Of a stretch of DNA of 64,000 nt, positions 46,915-55,737 are shown in pieces. This stretch comes from an uncultured Gammaproteobacteria bacterium. GTDB lineage: Bacteria > Patescibacteriota > Microgenomatia > Levybacterales > UBA12049. The stretch's first letter is position 1, and the number at the start of each line of letters is the position of its first letter. Position numbers and translations under genes: made by a program. Location of the stretch: NCBI GenBank assembly GCA_964408485.1, contig CAYOZJ010000002.1, positions 5,235 through 69,234 of the forward strand, written 5' to 3'. The notes under the pieces are model-generated. The model ran no database searches. It saw nothing but the letters and a program-made list of their open reading frames with translations, and had not been told where the DNA came from.

Positions 46915-48909
46915 ATGTCACCTACTAACGCAAGGGCTGGTAGCGACGGCTCCTCTGGTCCTATTGGTGGGCCGAGTGGCCCAGAAGCCTCTGGAGCTTG
47001 GCAGGGACATAAGCCTATTCGTGGTCCAGAAGATGCAGCAACAGTACTGGGTAGGTTAGGTAAACCAAAAGATACGAGTGGTAATATACTGGATCCGCTA
47101 GCAGAGAAAAAGGTAGCACAGGAAACACAAGATGTACTAGTTGGTCCTCCTGCAAATCCTCAGGGAGCATTAGGAAAATTAGCTGTTGCAACAGGATTTC
47201 CTCAAGATACTCTTGCAGTGATGCATGAGGCTAATGGTGTTGACCCATTTAAGGAGTCAGAATCAGAATCAATCCCTGAACAAGCACCTACTGATTTGCC
47301 ACAGTCTGCTGAGGGGGTGCAGCAGGCAAATCCAATGTGGCCAACAAATGAACCACTGGTGCAGGCAGAGGCTGCAAGAACCCAAGCGAATGTGAGTCAG
47401 CCTGCAGAAGTAGTCGCACCCACTGATGCTGTCTCAGATCAAGCAGATACACATACGCCCACAACAGACGAGTTATCAGAGCAGAGATATCAAAAAACAC
47501 TAGAACAGGTTCGAGTTCTTGCAAAAGACAAGCAGGAGGAGGCATTGCTCCCTCTGATGAGAGCAAATCCACAACATGCACAGGAACTTAGTCAAGAGTT
47601 TGGAGTACAAGTACCAACAGATTTAGTGCAAGAATTGCAGCAGCAACAGTTGAGTGCAGTAGATACTTCTGATGTTTCTGTAGATACTACCCGAGCCTCT
47701 TTAGAGCCAGCAGCGGAATTAGAACAAAATGGGGAAGCAACAGAATCAGATACGAATACAAATACCCCTGATATGGCAGCTCCATTACCTCAACCTGCAA
47801 GTCCCGATGTTCCTGGACCTGATAATACAGATATACAAAAACATCTAGACAAGAGTGAAGATTATCAGAAGGCTCTAAAAGAATTTGAAACAATAGAAAA
47901 AGATACGCCAGATACTGTAAAACAAATTGCAGATATGCCCACAGAGGCGTCTGACCCAAAAGATCACCCCTTTAAAGAAATAAATGAAAAAGATGGGGAG
48001 ATAAATGCATTATCTCCAGAGCAAAAAAAACTCTACGATCAATTCGTTAATGTGCGTGAGTACATAGAGCAAGTTAAAAACGAAGCAGCATTGGATGTGG
48101 AAGAAGCAGGAATAGATAGCTTACCAGCAGAGCAGCAAGCTAATGCGCGACGCGATGTTGAAGCAAGGAGAAGAGAGTCAAGACAAAAATCATATCTTCA
48201 ACGAAATGCACGGTACCAGGATCTTCAAAGAAAATGGCGAACACTTGAGCAAAGAGCGTTAAGTGATACGTATGGTATGAGCGTAAGCGATCTTAGGGAT
48301 CTTGCTGTTAAAAATTGGAGCAGCCTTTCTCCTACGGAAAAGCATTTATTTGGCGGAGATACCGATGAGGCAAAAAAAGCATTTCAAAAATATCAACGTG
48401 ACAAGAGCGATATGAATAAAGCAGAAGGTAATGCAAAAGTTCAAGTCTTTAATGAAAGACGCGATAAGGAAAATCATAAAGAAGATGGAACAGCCTATTC
48501 AACAGATCCTAAAAAAAGAGATGAAGAGGTGCGAGAGGAAATGAAAAAAGAGTCGAGATTCTTAGGGGAGGAAAAAGATCTAGGAAGAATACGAAGATTT
48601 ATGCAGGATTTTGGTCAGGGAGTAGATCATTGGTTTGGAAAAGCCGAGATGGATGAGCACGGAAAGCAAGCAATAGGATACGTAAAGCGATTATATGGTC
48701 AGTACGGATGGAGAGGGCTTTTTTCTCAAGAATCTGATGCAAAGAATCTGCGTAAGCTTGCAATGGAAGAAGCAGGAGAATGGGCAACGCGTTGGGGTTT
48801 GAGAAAAATTCCTCTATTCCTCCTGACAATGGGACTTTTCTGGCTTGTTTTACCTATGGTTTACGGAAAAGCACTCGAGATTACCAAACCATTCGGTGGT
48901 AATGGCTAG
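46915..48909 (+). CDS. Large acidic, low-complexity protein with C-terminal TM
   Basis: Long ORF coupled to the upstream gene; Pro/Gln/Asp-rich first half; C-terminal IPLFLLTMGLFWLVLPMVY. Confidence 0.82.
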   Translation: MSPTNARAGSDGSSGPIGGPSGPEASGAWQGHKPIRGPEDAATVLGRLGKPKDTSGNILDPLAEKKVAQETQDVLVGPPANPQGALGKLAVATGFPQDTLAVMHEANGVDPFKESESESIPEQAPTDLPQSAEGVQQANPMWPTNEPLVQAEAARTQANVSQPAEVVAPTDAVSDQADTHTPTTDELSEQRYQKTLEQVRVLAKDKQEEALLPLMRANPQHAQELSQEFGVQVPTDLVQELQQQQLSAVDTSDVSVDTTRASLEPAAELEQNGEATESDTNTNTPDMAAPLPQPASPDVPGPDNTDIQKHLDKSEDYQKALKEFETIEKDTPDTVKQIADMPTEASDPKDHPFKEINEKDGEINALSPEQKKLYDQFVNVREYIEQVKNEAALDVEEAGIDSLPAEQQANARRDVEARRRESRQKSYLQRNARYQDLQRKWRTLEQRALSDTYGMSVSDLRDLAVKNWSSLSPTEKHLFGGDTDEAKKAFQKYQRDKSDMNKAEGNAKVQVFNERRDKENHKEDGTAYSTDPKKRDEEVREEMKKESRFLGEEKDLGRIRRFMQDFGQGVDHWFGKAEMDEHGKQAIGYVKRLYGQYGWRGLFSQESDAKNLRKLAMEEAGEWATRWGLRKIPLFLLTMGLFWLVLPMVYGKALEITKPFGGNG

Positions 48910-48911
48910 TG

Positions 48912-48985
48912 CGTCCCCGGGCAGATTTGAACTGCCGATCTTCAGGTTCGGAACCTAATGCTCTATCCAACTAAGCTACGAGGAC
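48912..48985 (-). tRNA. tRNA-Arg(CCG)
   Basis: GTCCTCG/CGGGGAC, anticodon arm TTAGG-TTCCGAA-CCTGA. Confidence 0.94.
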
Positions 48986-48998
48986 AGATATTTGAGGG

Positions 48999-49088
48999 CG
49001 GAGGAGGTGAGATTCGAACTCACGGTATACAAAAACTGCATACGGCGGTTTTCGAAACCGCTGGAATAAACCACTATCCGACTCCTCC
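48999..49088 (-). tRNA. tRNA-Ser(CGA)
   Basis: GGAGGAG/CTCCTCC-G, GCGGT-TTCGAAA-ACCGC, long variable arm. Confidence 0.95.
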
Positions 49089-49093
49089 CTATG

Positions 49094-49166
49094 CGTGCCC
49101 GAGAGGAATTGAACCTCCGACCGTCAGATCCGCAATCTGATGCTCTATCCGCTGAGCTACGGGCAC
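49094..49166 (-). tRNA. tRNA-Arg(GCG)
   Basis: GTGCCCG/CGGGCAC-G, TCAGA-TTGCGGA-TCTGA. Confidence 0.94.
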
Positions 49167-49214
49167 ATGAAAGTAGGAGTATTATACCTGATTTAGACCA
49201 TATGGAGCAAAAGA

Positions 49215-49739
49215 TCACGCTTTTTCCAGTGGAAAATTTTTAGAGAGCCACTCTGCGGATTTTTCCATCATTGTTGGTTTTATATATTCACGGTAGGGAA
49301 GATACTGAAGAAGAATATGTTTTACATGGTCTTCGGTCATATCTCCTAATGTAAGTGTTAATTCTCCTGGAATCATGGCATAGGTGCGAATATGGAGCAC
49401 ATCAACGCCGTTTCTTTTTTTAAAGTAAAAATCGTACAATTCTTCCCATAAGAAAAAATGATCCTCAACCATGATCCCTTCAGTTGAAATACGGTAAAGA
49501 AAATTACTAGGAGGAGTAACCGCAAGAGCAAATGCCAAAAAAGCTAGCGCTGCAACAACGGCCATGAGCGCATATTGAGAAAATAGAAAGAGAATAATTT
49601 CAATAAGAAGGGTAAGTAAAATAAGAGAGCTGTAATAACTTTTTGACTTCTTTTTGTAGGGTCTACCTGGGGCTTTCCACGAAAGAAGGGTCTTTACAGT
49701 ATAGGGATTTAATGGGTGCTCTTGGTGCTTTTCATCCAT
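49215..49739 (-). CDS. Conserved CPR two-TM membrane protein
   Basis: W.AP.RPY.K…, two TM helices, PH-like C-terminal region. Confidence 0.75.
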   Translation of the reverse strand: MDEKHQEHPLNPYTVKTLLSWKAPGRPYKKKSKSYYSSLILLTLLIEIILFLFSQYALMAVVAALAFLAFALAVTPPSNFLYRISTEGIMVEDHFFLWEELYDFYFKKRNGVDVLHIRTYAMIPGELTLTLGDMTEDHVKHILLQYLPYREYIKPTMMEKSAEWLSKNFPLEKA

Positions 49740-49780
49740 ATACTTACTGTACTTGAGTGAGGAAATGGAGTCAAGAAGAG

Positions 49781-49867
49781 CGGAGAGGGCGAGATTCGAA
49801 CTCGCGAAGGACTTGCGTCCTTGACTGTTTTCAAGACAGTTGCACTAGTCCACTATGCGACCTCTCC
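49781..49867 (-). tRNA. tRNA-Ser(TGA)
   Basis: GGAGAGG/CCTCTCC-G, ACTGT-CTTGAAA-ACAGT, long variable arm. Confidence 0.96.
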
Positions 49868-49923
49868 AGTAGAAGTATTATATATGAAATAGCCTCGTTT
49901 GACTATCTGGAGAGAGTAAGAGG

Positions 49924-50133
49924 CTACTTTGTTTGCTTAACATTCACATCATAGTGGCTAGGAATATTGACTTGTGGGCTGGATCCCATAAATGAGGAAC
50001 GAAGATACGGAAGAGCGTAGAAAATAAATAAGAGCAAAAAAACAACTAACACAATTACTCCAAGCAAAAATCCCATGCCATTATTGCCTGAGTCTTGAGT
50101 AGAAGCCGGTGTATTTACAATTGTGTCTGTCAT
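49924..50133 (-). CDS. Small single-TM protein (69 aa)
   Basis: MTDTIVNTP…GMGFLLGVIVLVVFLLLFIFYALP…PQVNIP; internal ATG of the listed ORF. Confidence 0.7.
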   Translation of the reverse strand: MTDTIVNTPASTQDSGNNGMGFLLGVIVLVVFLLLFIFYALPYLRSSFMGSSPQVNIPSHYDVNVKQTK

Positions 50134-50246
50134 ATTATATTGCTGTTGTAAAAATCTTAAAAAAGATTGAATTAAAAGTATTATAAGACAAATGTAGATT
50201 ATTGACGTAAAAAAATGATCAATGAATTGTAAGAAAAATAGAAGAA

Positions 50247-50999
50247 TTATCCTTGAATAAACTTGGCAAAGAAGTAGCCAACAAATGCAGCCGACAAGCC
50301 AATAATTACCATTCGGATACCACTCTTCCACCAGCTTCCAACAAGAGAAAGCGCCTGATATGCACCAACACCAAAAAGTGCAATCCCACACACAACAATA
50401 GATAAAATAATTTCTGTTTGGAATGTTTGTGGGACAAAAGAGCTAAAAAAGAAGGGAAGTAAGGGGACAATGCTCCCAATTGCTGTTGTTATACCAACTA
50501 CAGCAGCGCTTCTAAAAATATTTCTCGTTTCAACTTTTTCTATTCCTAGTTCTTCTCGCATCATGGTATCAGTCCAGATTTTTTTGTCTCCAACAATTGT
50601 TGTTACAATTTCTTCCAGCACTTTTCCTGTAAAGCCTTTTGCCTCAAAAATTCTTCGCACTTCTTCTTTTTCCATCTCTGGATACATTTCTATCTCCTTT
50701 TTCTCTTTAATCAGCTCAGCTTCGTAATAGTCGCGTTGAGACTGAGCAGACGTATAGGCAACAGCACCCATGGAAATAGCTTCTGCTGCAGAGGCTGCAA
50801 GGACAGTAAGTACTAAAATATGCGCATTGCCACCAGCTGCAGCAACGCCCAAAACAATCCCTAATGCATTTACCATGCCATCTTGTCCACCTAAGATAAC
50901 ATCGCGAAGTGGATTACCAAATTTATGGTCTTCTTGATGATTTTTATGATGATCAAATGCTTCCTGGGTTGGGCGAAGAAGACTTGCTGGTGTTGGCAT
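50247..50999 (-). CDS. VIT1/CCC1 family Fe/Mn transporter
   Basis: RDVILG..DG.V, A.SMG…Y, P..E.EE, MM.EELG, G..PL.PF. Confidence 0.92.
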   Translation of the reverse strand: MPTPASLLRPTQEAFDHHKNHQEDHKFGNPLRDVILGGQDGMVNALGIVLGVAAAGGNAHILVLTVLAASAAEAISMGAVAYTSAQSQRDYYEAELIKEKKEIEMYPEMEKEEVRRIFEAKGFTGKVLEEIVTTIVGDKKIWTDTMMREELGIEKVETRNIFRSAAVVGITTAIGSIVPLLPFFFSSFVPQTFQTEIILSIVVCGIALFGVGAYQALSLVGSWWKSGIRMVIIGLSAAFVGYFFAKFIQG

Positions 51000-51017
51000 A
51001 GTGCTAGTATATCACTC

Positions 51018-51581
51018 CTACGCTTTTTGAAAAAACGCAACAAATTCACTATTCCCACCCTTACTGCCCAGAAGAGGAGATTTAACAAAGCCTTTTGCGA
51101 CAACAGGGAATTGGTGTGGAATCTCATCATATACTTTTTTTGCAACCAGCTCTGCCGTGTCTTCTTCTAATTTTCCTTTATGGAGAAGTGATTTGTCTGC
51201 TTCATAATGGGGTTTAATTAATGTAACAATAAGACCATTCTCTTCGAGATTAGCTAATATATTTGGAAGAATTTTTTCTTGCTTAGTCCATGATGTGTCA
51301 TTGGTTATTAAATCCATTTTTTGGGGTAATACAACATGCATAGCATTCGTTTTTTCCATTACAACGACTCGTGGGTCATTGCGAAGTTTCCATGCAAGCT
51401 CACCGTATCCTGTCTCGACAGCGTAGACTTTTTCTGCGCCGCGCTTAAGAAGACAATCAACAAACCCGCCAACACTTGCGCCAAAGTCTGCGCAGGTTAA
51501 TCTTGTGACGTCTATATCAAACTCTTTTAATGCGTAATCTAATTTCTCTCCAGCACGGGATGCAAAGGGTGTAATACTCAT
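51018..51581 (-). CDS. tlyA: TlyA-family (FtsJ-like) 2'-O-methyltransferase lacking the N-terminal S4 domain
   Basis: SRAG.KL, D.GAS.GGF.DCLL.RGA..VYAV, D.S, LIKP.YE, GN.EF; start ATG 51581, since the longer ORF runs through a tRNA. Confidence 0.85.
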   Translation of the reverse strand: MSITPFASRAGEKLDYALKEFDIDVTRLTCADFGASVGGFVDCLLKRGAEKVYAVETGYGELAWKLRNDPRVVVMEKTNAMHVVLPQKMDLITNDTSWTKQEKILPNILANLEENGLIVTLIKPHYEADKSLLHKGKLEEDTAELVAKKVYDEIPHQFPVVAKGFVKSPLLGSKGGNSEFVAFFQKA

Positions 51582-51587
51582 GATGAG

Positions 51588-51672
51588 CGGAGAGGGCGAG
51601 ATTCGAACTCGCGAATCCTTGCGGATCGTTGGTTTAGTAAACCAATGCACTCGGCCACTATGCGACCTCTCC
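51588..51672 (-). tRNA. tRNA-Ser with ACT anticodon
   Basis: GGAGAGG/CCTCTCC-G73, anticodon arm TTGGT-TTACTAA-ACCAA, variable arm GATCC-GCAA-GGATT, T arm GCGAG-TTCGAAT-CTCGC. Confidence 0.9.
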
Positions 51673-51713
51673 AATAGCTTCATTTTATCATTTTGAGAGA
51701 GGTCTGGGAAGTG

Positions 51714-51800
51714 CGGAGGAGACAGGATTCGAACCTGCGCGAGCCTTACGGCTCAGGGGAATAGCAATCCCCCGCAATGGACCAGCTATGCGACTCCTCC
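51714..51800 (-). tRNA. tRNA-Ser(GCT)
   Basis: GGAGGAG/CTCCTCC-G, GGGGA-TTGCTAT-TCCCC, long variable arm. Confidence 0.95.
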
Positions 51801-51826
51801 GTGAAGTTGATTATAGCGAAGCAAAA

Positions 51827-51850
51827 GATTCTGGACAAGCCAGAATGACA
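51827..51850. repeat. Half copy of the REP-like element
   Basis: GACAAGCCAGAATGACA (51834-50) is the exact reverse complement of 5998-6014; local hairpin ATTCTGG-ACAAG-CCAGAAT. Confidence 0.65.
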
Positions 51851-51866
51851 GCTCTACACTTATTTT

Positions 51867-52568
51867 GTGAGTCTTCTTGATATTCTGTTTCCTAAAAAAT
51901 GTGTTGGGTGCAAAAAGTTTGGAGAATATCTTTGCCCAAATTGTTTTGCTTCCCTTTCTTTTTCTGTAAGTCCAAAATGCTTAGTGTGTAATAAGCCTTG
52001 TTTTGATGGCATGACTCATCCCGGCTGCAAAGGAAAATACACAATAGATGGATACTTTGCTGCTTTAAATTACAAATCAATTCTTAAAAAGCTTATGTAT
52101 CAATTTAAATATGCACCGTATCTAACGGATTTGCAGACTGTTTTGGGAGATTTACTCTATGAGCAAATGATTCAAGAAGAATTGTTTATGAAAATCCTGC
52201 AGCAAAATCCAATTCTTGTTCCAATTCCTCTATCTCGTTCAAAAGAAAGAAAAAGAGGATATAACCACGCAGAAATTCTGGCAAAGAATTTAGGGAAAAA
52301 GCTTGGAATACCTGTACAGAATATTCTCTTAAGAATTAAAGAAACAAAACCACAGTATGGATTAAAAAGGGAAGAGAGGATTCGGAATATAAAGAATGCC
52401 TTTGGCATTCAGAATCATGAATTAAGAATCAAGAATTATGCAAAGAGACCAACAGTATTTTTAGTTGACGATATTGTAACAACAGGGTCAACGCTTTTGG
52501 AAGCTGCAAACGTTTTAAAAAGAAATGGGTTTAGAAAAGTGTATGGGGTTATCCTGGCTCAGGATTAA
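51867..52568 (+). CDS. comF: ComF family protein (Zn ribbon + PRTase)
   Basis: FP..C..C, C..C, VPIPL…RGYN.A, LVDD..TTG.T. Confidence 0.93.
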   Translation: MSLLDILFPKKCVGCKKFGEYLCPNCFASLSFSVSPKCLVCNKPCFDGMTHPGCKGKYTIDGYFAALNYKSILKKLMYQFKYAPYLTDLQTVLGDLLYEQMIQEELFMKILQQNPILVPIPLSRSKERKRGYNHAEILAKNLGKKLGIPVQNILLRIKETKPQYGLKREERIRNIKNAFGIQNHELRIKNYAKRPTVFLVDDIVTTGSTLLEAANVLKRNGFRKVYGVILAQD

Positions 52569-52569
52569 G

Positions 52570-52785
52570 CTATCTATGAAGTTCTTCATATCGGAGGCCA
52601 TGTTCAAGAGCTTCATTTCCAATATTAGATTTTAATCTTGAATCTTCTGTATTTCTAGCAACAGCACCCAATCTATGTGCCCGAGTAAGGTGAAGCTCAG
52701 CTATTTCATCTTGTTTCATTCCGGCATCACGAAGTATTCTGTCTCCTCTGAGAATTGTCAAACGTTGTTTTTGTACAGTAGTCAT
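52570..52785 (-). CDS. Small hypothetical protein
   Basis: ATG ORF filling the gap between comF and the tmRNA terminator. Confidence 0.45.
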   Translation of the reverse strand: MTTVQKQRLTILRGDRILRDAGMKQDEIAELHLTRAHRLGAVARNTEDSRLKSNIGNEALEHGLRYEELHR

Positions 52786-52791
52786 ATAATT

Positions 52792-52816
52792 CAAAACTCC
52801 CCTTGTGGGGAGTTTT
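52792..52816 (-). terminator. Intrinsic terminator after tmRNA
   Basis: AAAACTCCCC-TTGT-GGGGAGTTTT. Confidence 0.85.
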
Positions 52817-52821
52817 GTTTG

Positions 52822-53221
52822 TGGAGATGTCCGGCAGTGAACCGGAGTCCAAGGATATTATCTAAAAATTTCTACAAGCGTAGTCTTTGTAAAAGTGTCG
52901 AAGTATATTTTTCCAAAGACAGAAAGTTATACTCCCAAGGTTATTTGTCCAATAATATAGTAACCAAGTTTATTATTAGTTCTCTTAGCTAAATTAGCCT
53001 AAAGGACTCACTAAGAGAAGTCATCTTTAGACGCCATTACTTTATGCTTATGCAAAAAGTTGGAGTCCAGCATAGGCTGGTCTCACTACTGGCTGAAGGT
53101 CAGCTACTCGCTGAACCTTTATAAATGCTTTTGCATTTATTAGTGATTCTGTTTTACGACTACTTATCAAAGTCGGCTTGCAATTTTTAAAGAACATTTC
53201 TTGTCGAATCAGTTCATCCCC
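52822..53221 (-). ncRNA. ssrA: tmRNA
   Basis: 5' GGGGATG..GATTCGAC; 3' T arm and CATCTCCA with G3:U70; tag ORF 53134-53048; adjacent to smpB. Confidence 0.95.
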
Positions 53222-53263
53222 AAGAAAATAAATACCTTATTTATCTTATCACGAATACTGATT

Positions 53264-53695
53264 TTAAAGATCCTGTCTCTCAAGTTCTCTTTTTAGGTCA
53301 CGTTGCTTCTTGGATTCCTTCTTTTGATACTGCTTTTTTCCTTTTCCAAGTGCGATTTCCAGCTTGATTAGACTGCCTGTAGTATACATCGAAATAGGCA
53401 CAATTGTCAAGTTGGCTCCGTCCATTTTGTGCCTAAAATTGAGTATTTGGGTCTTGTGGAGAAGGAGTTTTCGGCTACGCCGCTCGTCATATAGCTCCGG
53501 TCTGGCATATTCATAAGGAAAAATAGAGGCGTTAACTAAGTAAGCCTCAGATCCAATTATTCGTACATGTGAGCCTGTCAGATCTGCTCTGCCTGCTCTT
53601 ACAGCCTTAACTTCGGCTCCCAGCAAATTAATGCCAGCCTCGAAGTGGTCTTGCAGGTCGTAATCAAAATTAGCCCGTTTATTGAAAATTCTCAT
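53264..53695 (-). CDS. smpB: SsrA-binding protein SmpB
   Basis: NKRA.FDY, EAGI.L.G.EVK, R.RKLLLH, GKGKK. Confidence 0.97.
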   Translation of the reverse strand: MRIFNKRANFDYDLQDHFEAGINLLGAEVKAVRAGRADLTGSHVRIIGSEAYLVNASIFPYEYARPELYDERRSRKLLLHKTQILNFRHKMDGANLTIVPISMYTTGSLIKLEIALGKGKKQYQKKESKKQRDLKRELERQDL

Positions 53696-53746
53696 AGCCT
53701 CATGATACTGAAAAAAGTAGTTAAAGTAAAATGATATAATTCTAAA

Positions 53747-54010
53747 ATGAGAAAATTAACGGAGTTAGAACAGGGAAGCGCAAGGGCAGATGAGATAATA
53801 TATTTTCAAACAGGATCAGTCGATGCCGTTATTTCTGTGCATGAAGACGCTTTGAGTAAACAACAAGGACAACCTGGTGGAGAGGCAAAGCGAGCGGTGG
53901 GTTTGCATAGAATGCGACTGCAAAAACTAACTCAAGCTAGAGACGATGGATTTGGACAAAATGGCACAGGACATACTTTTCCTTCAAAGAGATCGAAGCA
54001 GGCTACTTGA
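53747..54010 (+). CDS. Small hypothetical protein (87 aa)
   Basis: TGaTATAAT 6 nt before ATG; no family recognised. Confidence 0.5.
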   Translation: MRKLTELEQGSARADEIIYFQTGSVDAVISVHEDALSKQQGQPGGEAKRAVGLHRMRLQKLTQARDDGFGQNGTGHTFPSKRSKQAT

Positions 54011-55724
54011 GGTCAAGTTGGTAGACGATACTCCCTGAAAGAAGGTAGAGTTTTTTATTTTTCTCTGAGACATCAATAAAGGTTGTCGTTGCAACGGTTC
54101 CTGAAGAATACTGGGCAACAAAACTTCCATCTTTTTTAAATACCACTATTCGCGAATTTCCTTTATCCACGACATACACATTATCCAAATCTGCGCTTGT
54201 TAGAATTTGTGTTGGATTTTTAAGCGGTGTATCAAGCCCTGTTATAGAAAGACTATCCTGTGCGCCTTTTGTGTATTTAAGCATTGTTCCATCAGATTCC
54301 AAAATCCAAATCGAGCTGTCTATGGAAATAGAGACAGCTTTGGATAAATCAGGCGCAGTACCCGTAAAATACGCTGATTTATTCCCAAATCCACCACTCC
54401 CTGCAACATATTTATCTATCCCGTCTTTAGTATCCAGGACATACATATTGCCAAAATAGGTATCAAAGCCACCAATTTGCTTCCAGTCTGTACCATTAGT
54501 AATAATTTTTTTACTAACATCTGTTTTTTTATCGTACTGCGTGATGGTGGTGTTATCTGCACCATAGAAATTATTTGTGTCTTGGGTAATATACAAACTG
54601 CTATGCTTAGCGGCGAAAGAGAGAAGAGGAGAGGCATTGTCTGCTGCTTTTTGCGCATCAAGAAGCGGCACTTTTTGCGCATCGGTTAGCGTTGTTGTTA
54701 CTTGAGATAATAGTGATTGGATTTGTTTGCGCTCGCTAGATCCTTGAGCAAATTTTTCTTGACCATTTGTGAGCGTCTGCTGGGCTGATTGGAGATCTTC
54801 TATGGCAAGTGTTTTATTTAAGTTAAGAAGTCCTTTTGCTTCGTTATATTTTGTGTTTGCCGGAGTATAAATTGACTGAAAGAGCGCTTCTTGCTTTGCA
54901 GCTTGTTGGCGATTTTGAAATACGAGAATACTTCCGATGAGTACTATACCTAAGATAATTGTTATCGTAAGAAAAAGCTTCTGTCTATGGGAAAAGGCAA
55001 GTTTGGATTGGTGGGGTGCTTCAATAGGTTTTTCAAATCCAGGAAGTGCTGGTTCTGGAGTTGTTGAAACCTCTTTTTCTTCTTCTTTTGGCGTCTCAAT
55101 CACAGGACGCACGGGTGCAGTTGGTTCATCTTCATGATATGAAAAGACAAGTGCTGATGCTCCCCCAATCTGTGCATTATGTACTTTAGGAGCAAAAAGC
55201 TCTGCTAATTCCTCTGCTGTTTTCCCATCAAATGAAGCAGCAAGCTCATCGTGTGAGAAAATTTGTCCAAAGAAGAGTGTATGCAAAAGGACTATGTCCC
55301 CAACTTCTAAGAATCCTGAAACAGATGCGATTTTCTCCTCAGATTCTGGCTTGATTCCTAAGAGCATCCCTAATTTTTCTCCACGTTTGAGTAGTACCCG
55401 TCCTTCACCCGCAATCACCACATACAGGATATTTTTAACAACAGCTGCAACAACAAGTCCAACTTCTACATCCTTTGGGGTTTTGCTTACTGTTGCCTTT
55501 ACTGCATCTTTTACTGTCTCAAGATCTTTGGTTGTTAGAGTAAAGTATTCAGAAACAAGCGTGTCCAAAAGCTCTTTGCCAACGCGCGCTAAGGGAGCTT
55601 TGTCACTTGGAGATTTGGTGCTTACGGAGACAACAGCAGTAAATCCTCCAGCATGGTATGCTTGTGACCATCCAGTATCATTTGCTGATGCAACAATTTT
55701 TCCAACAGTAATTTTGCTTGCCAT
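54003..55724 (-). CDS. Membrane protein with degenerate PP2C-like N-domain and extracellular beta-propeller
   Basis: G..RV.L.RG, SG.L..GD..LL, TM, coiled region, NHL-like repeats (YVLD, ISIDSSIWIL, YVVD..N.RIVVF). Confidence 0.7.
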   Translation of the reverse strand: MASKITVGKIVASANDTGWSQAYHAGGFTAVVSVSTKSPSDKAPLARVGKELLDTLVSEYFTLTTKDLETVKDAVKATVSKTPKDVEVGLVVAAVVKNILYVVIAGEGRVLLKRGEKLGMLLGIKPESEEKIASVSGFLEVGDIVLLHTLFFGQIFSHDELAASFDGKTAEELAELFAPKVHNAQIGGASALVFSYHEDEPTAPVRPVIETPKEEEKEVSTTPEPALPGFEKPIEAPHQSKLAFSHRQKLFLTITIILGIVLIGSILVFQNRQQAAKQEALFQSIYTPANTKYNEAKGLLNLNKTLAIEDLQSAQQTLTNGQEKFAQGSSERKQIQSLLSQVTTTLTDAQKVPLLDAQKAADNASPLLSFAAKHSSLYITQDTNNFYGADNTTITQYDKKTDVSKKIITNGTDWKQIGGFDTYFGNMYVLDTKDGIDKYVAGSGGFGNKSAYFTGTAPDLSKAVSISIDSSIWILESDGTMLKYTKGAQDSLSITGLDTPLKNPTQILTSADLDNVYVVDKGNSRIVVFKKDGSFVAQYSSGTVATTTFIDVSEKNKKLYLLSGSIVYQLDLK

Positions 55725-55737
55725 CTCTTTTATAGTA

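Noticed and set aside
48958-49954. Short ORFs at 48958-49140, 48976-49218 and 49757-49954
   Set aside because: They overlap tRNA genes and are shadow ORFs.
49778-51615. ~30-bp direct repeat bounding the VIT1 and tlyA genes as island att sites
   Set aside because: Both copies are the 3' ends of complete tRNA-Ser genes and no integrase is present; paralogy explains the repeat.
51582-51683. N-terminal extension of the TlyA ORF
   Set aside because: It runs through tRNA-Ser(ACT) and is not S4-like; ATG 51581 is the more plausible start.
52675-52992. 105-aa plus-strand ORF
   Set aside because: Antisense to tmRNA and its terminator.
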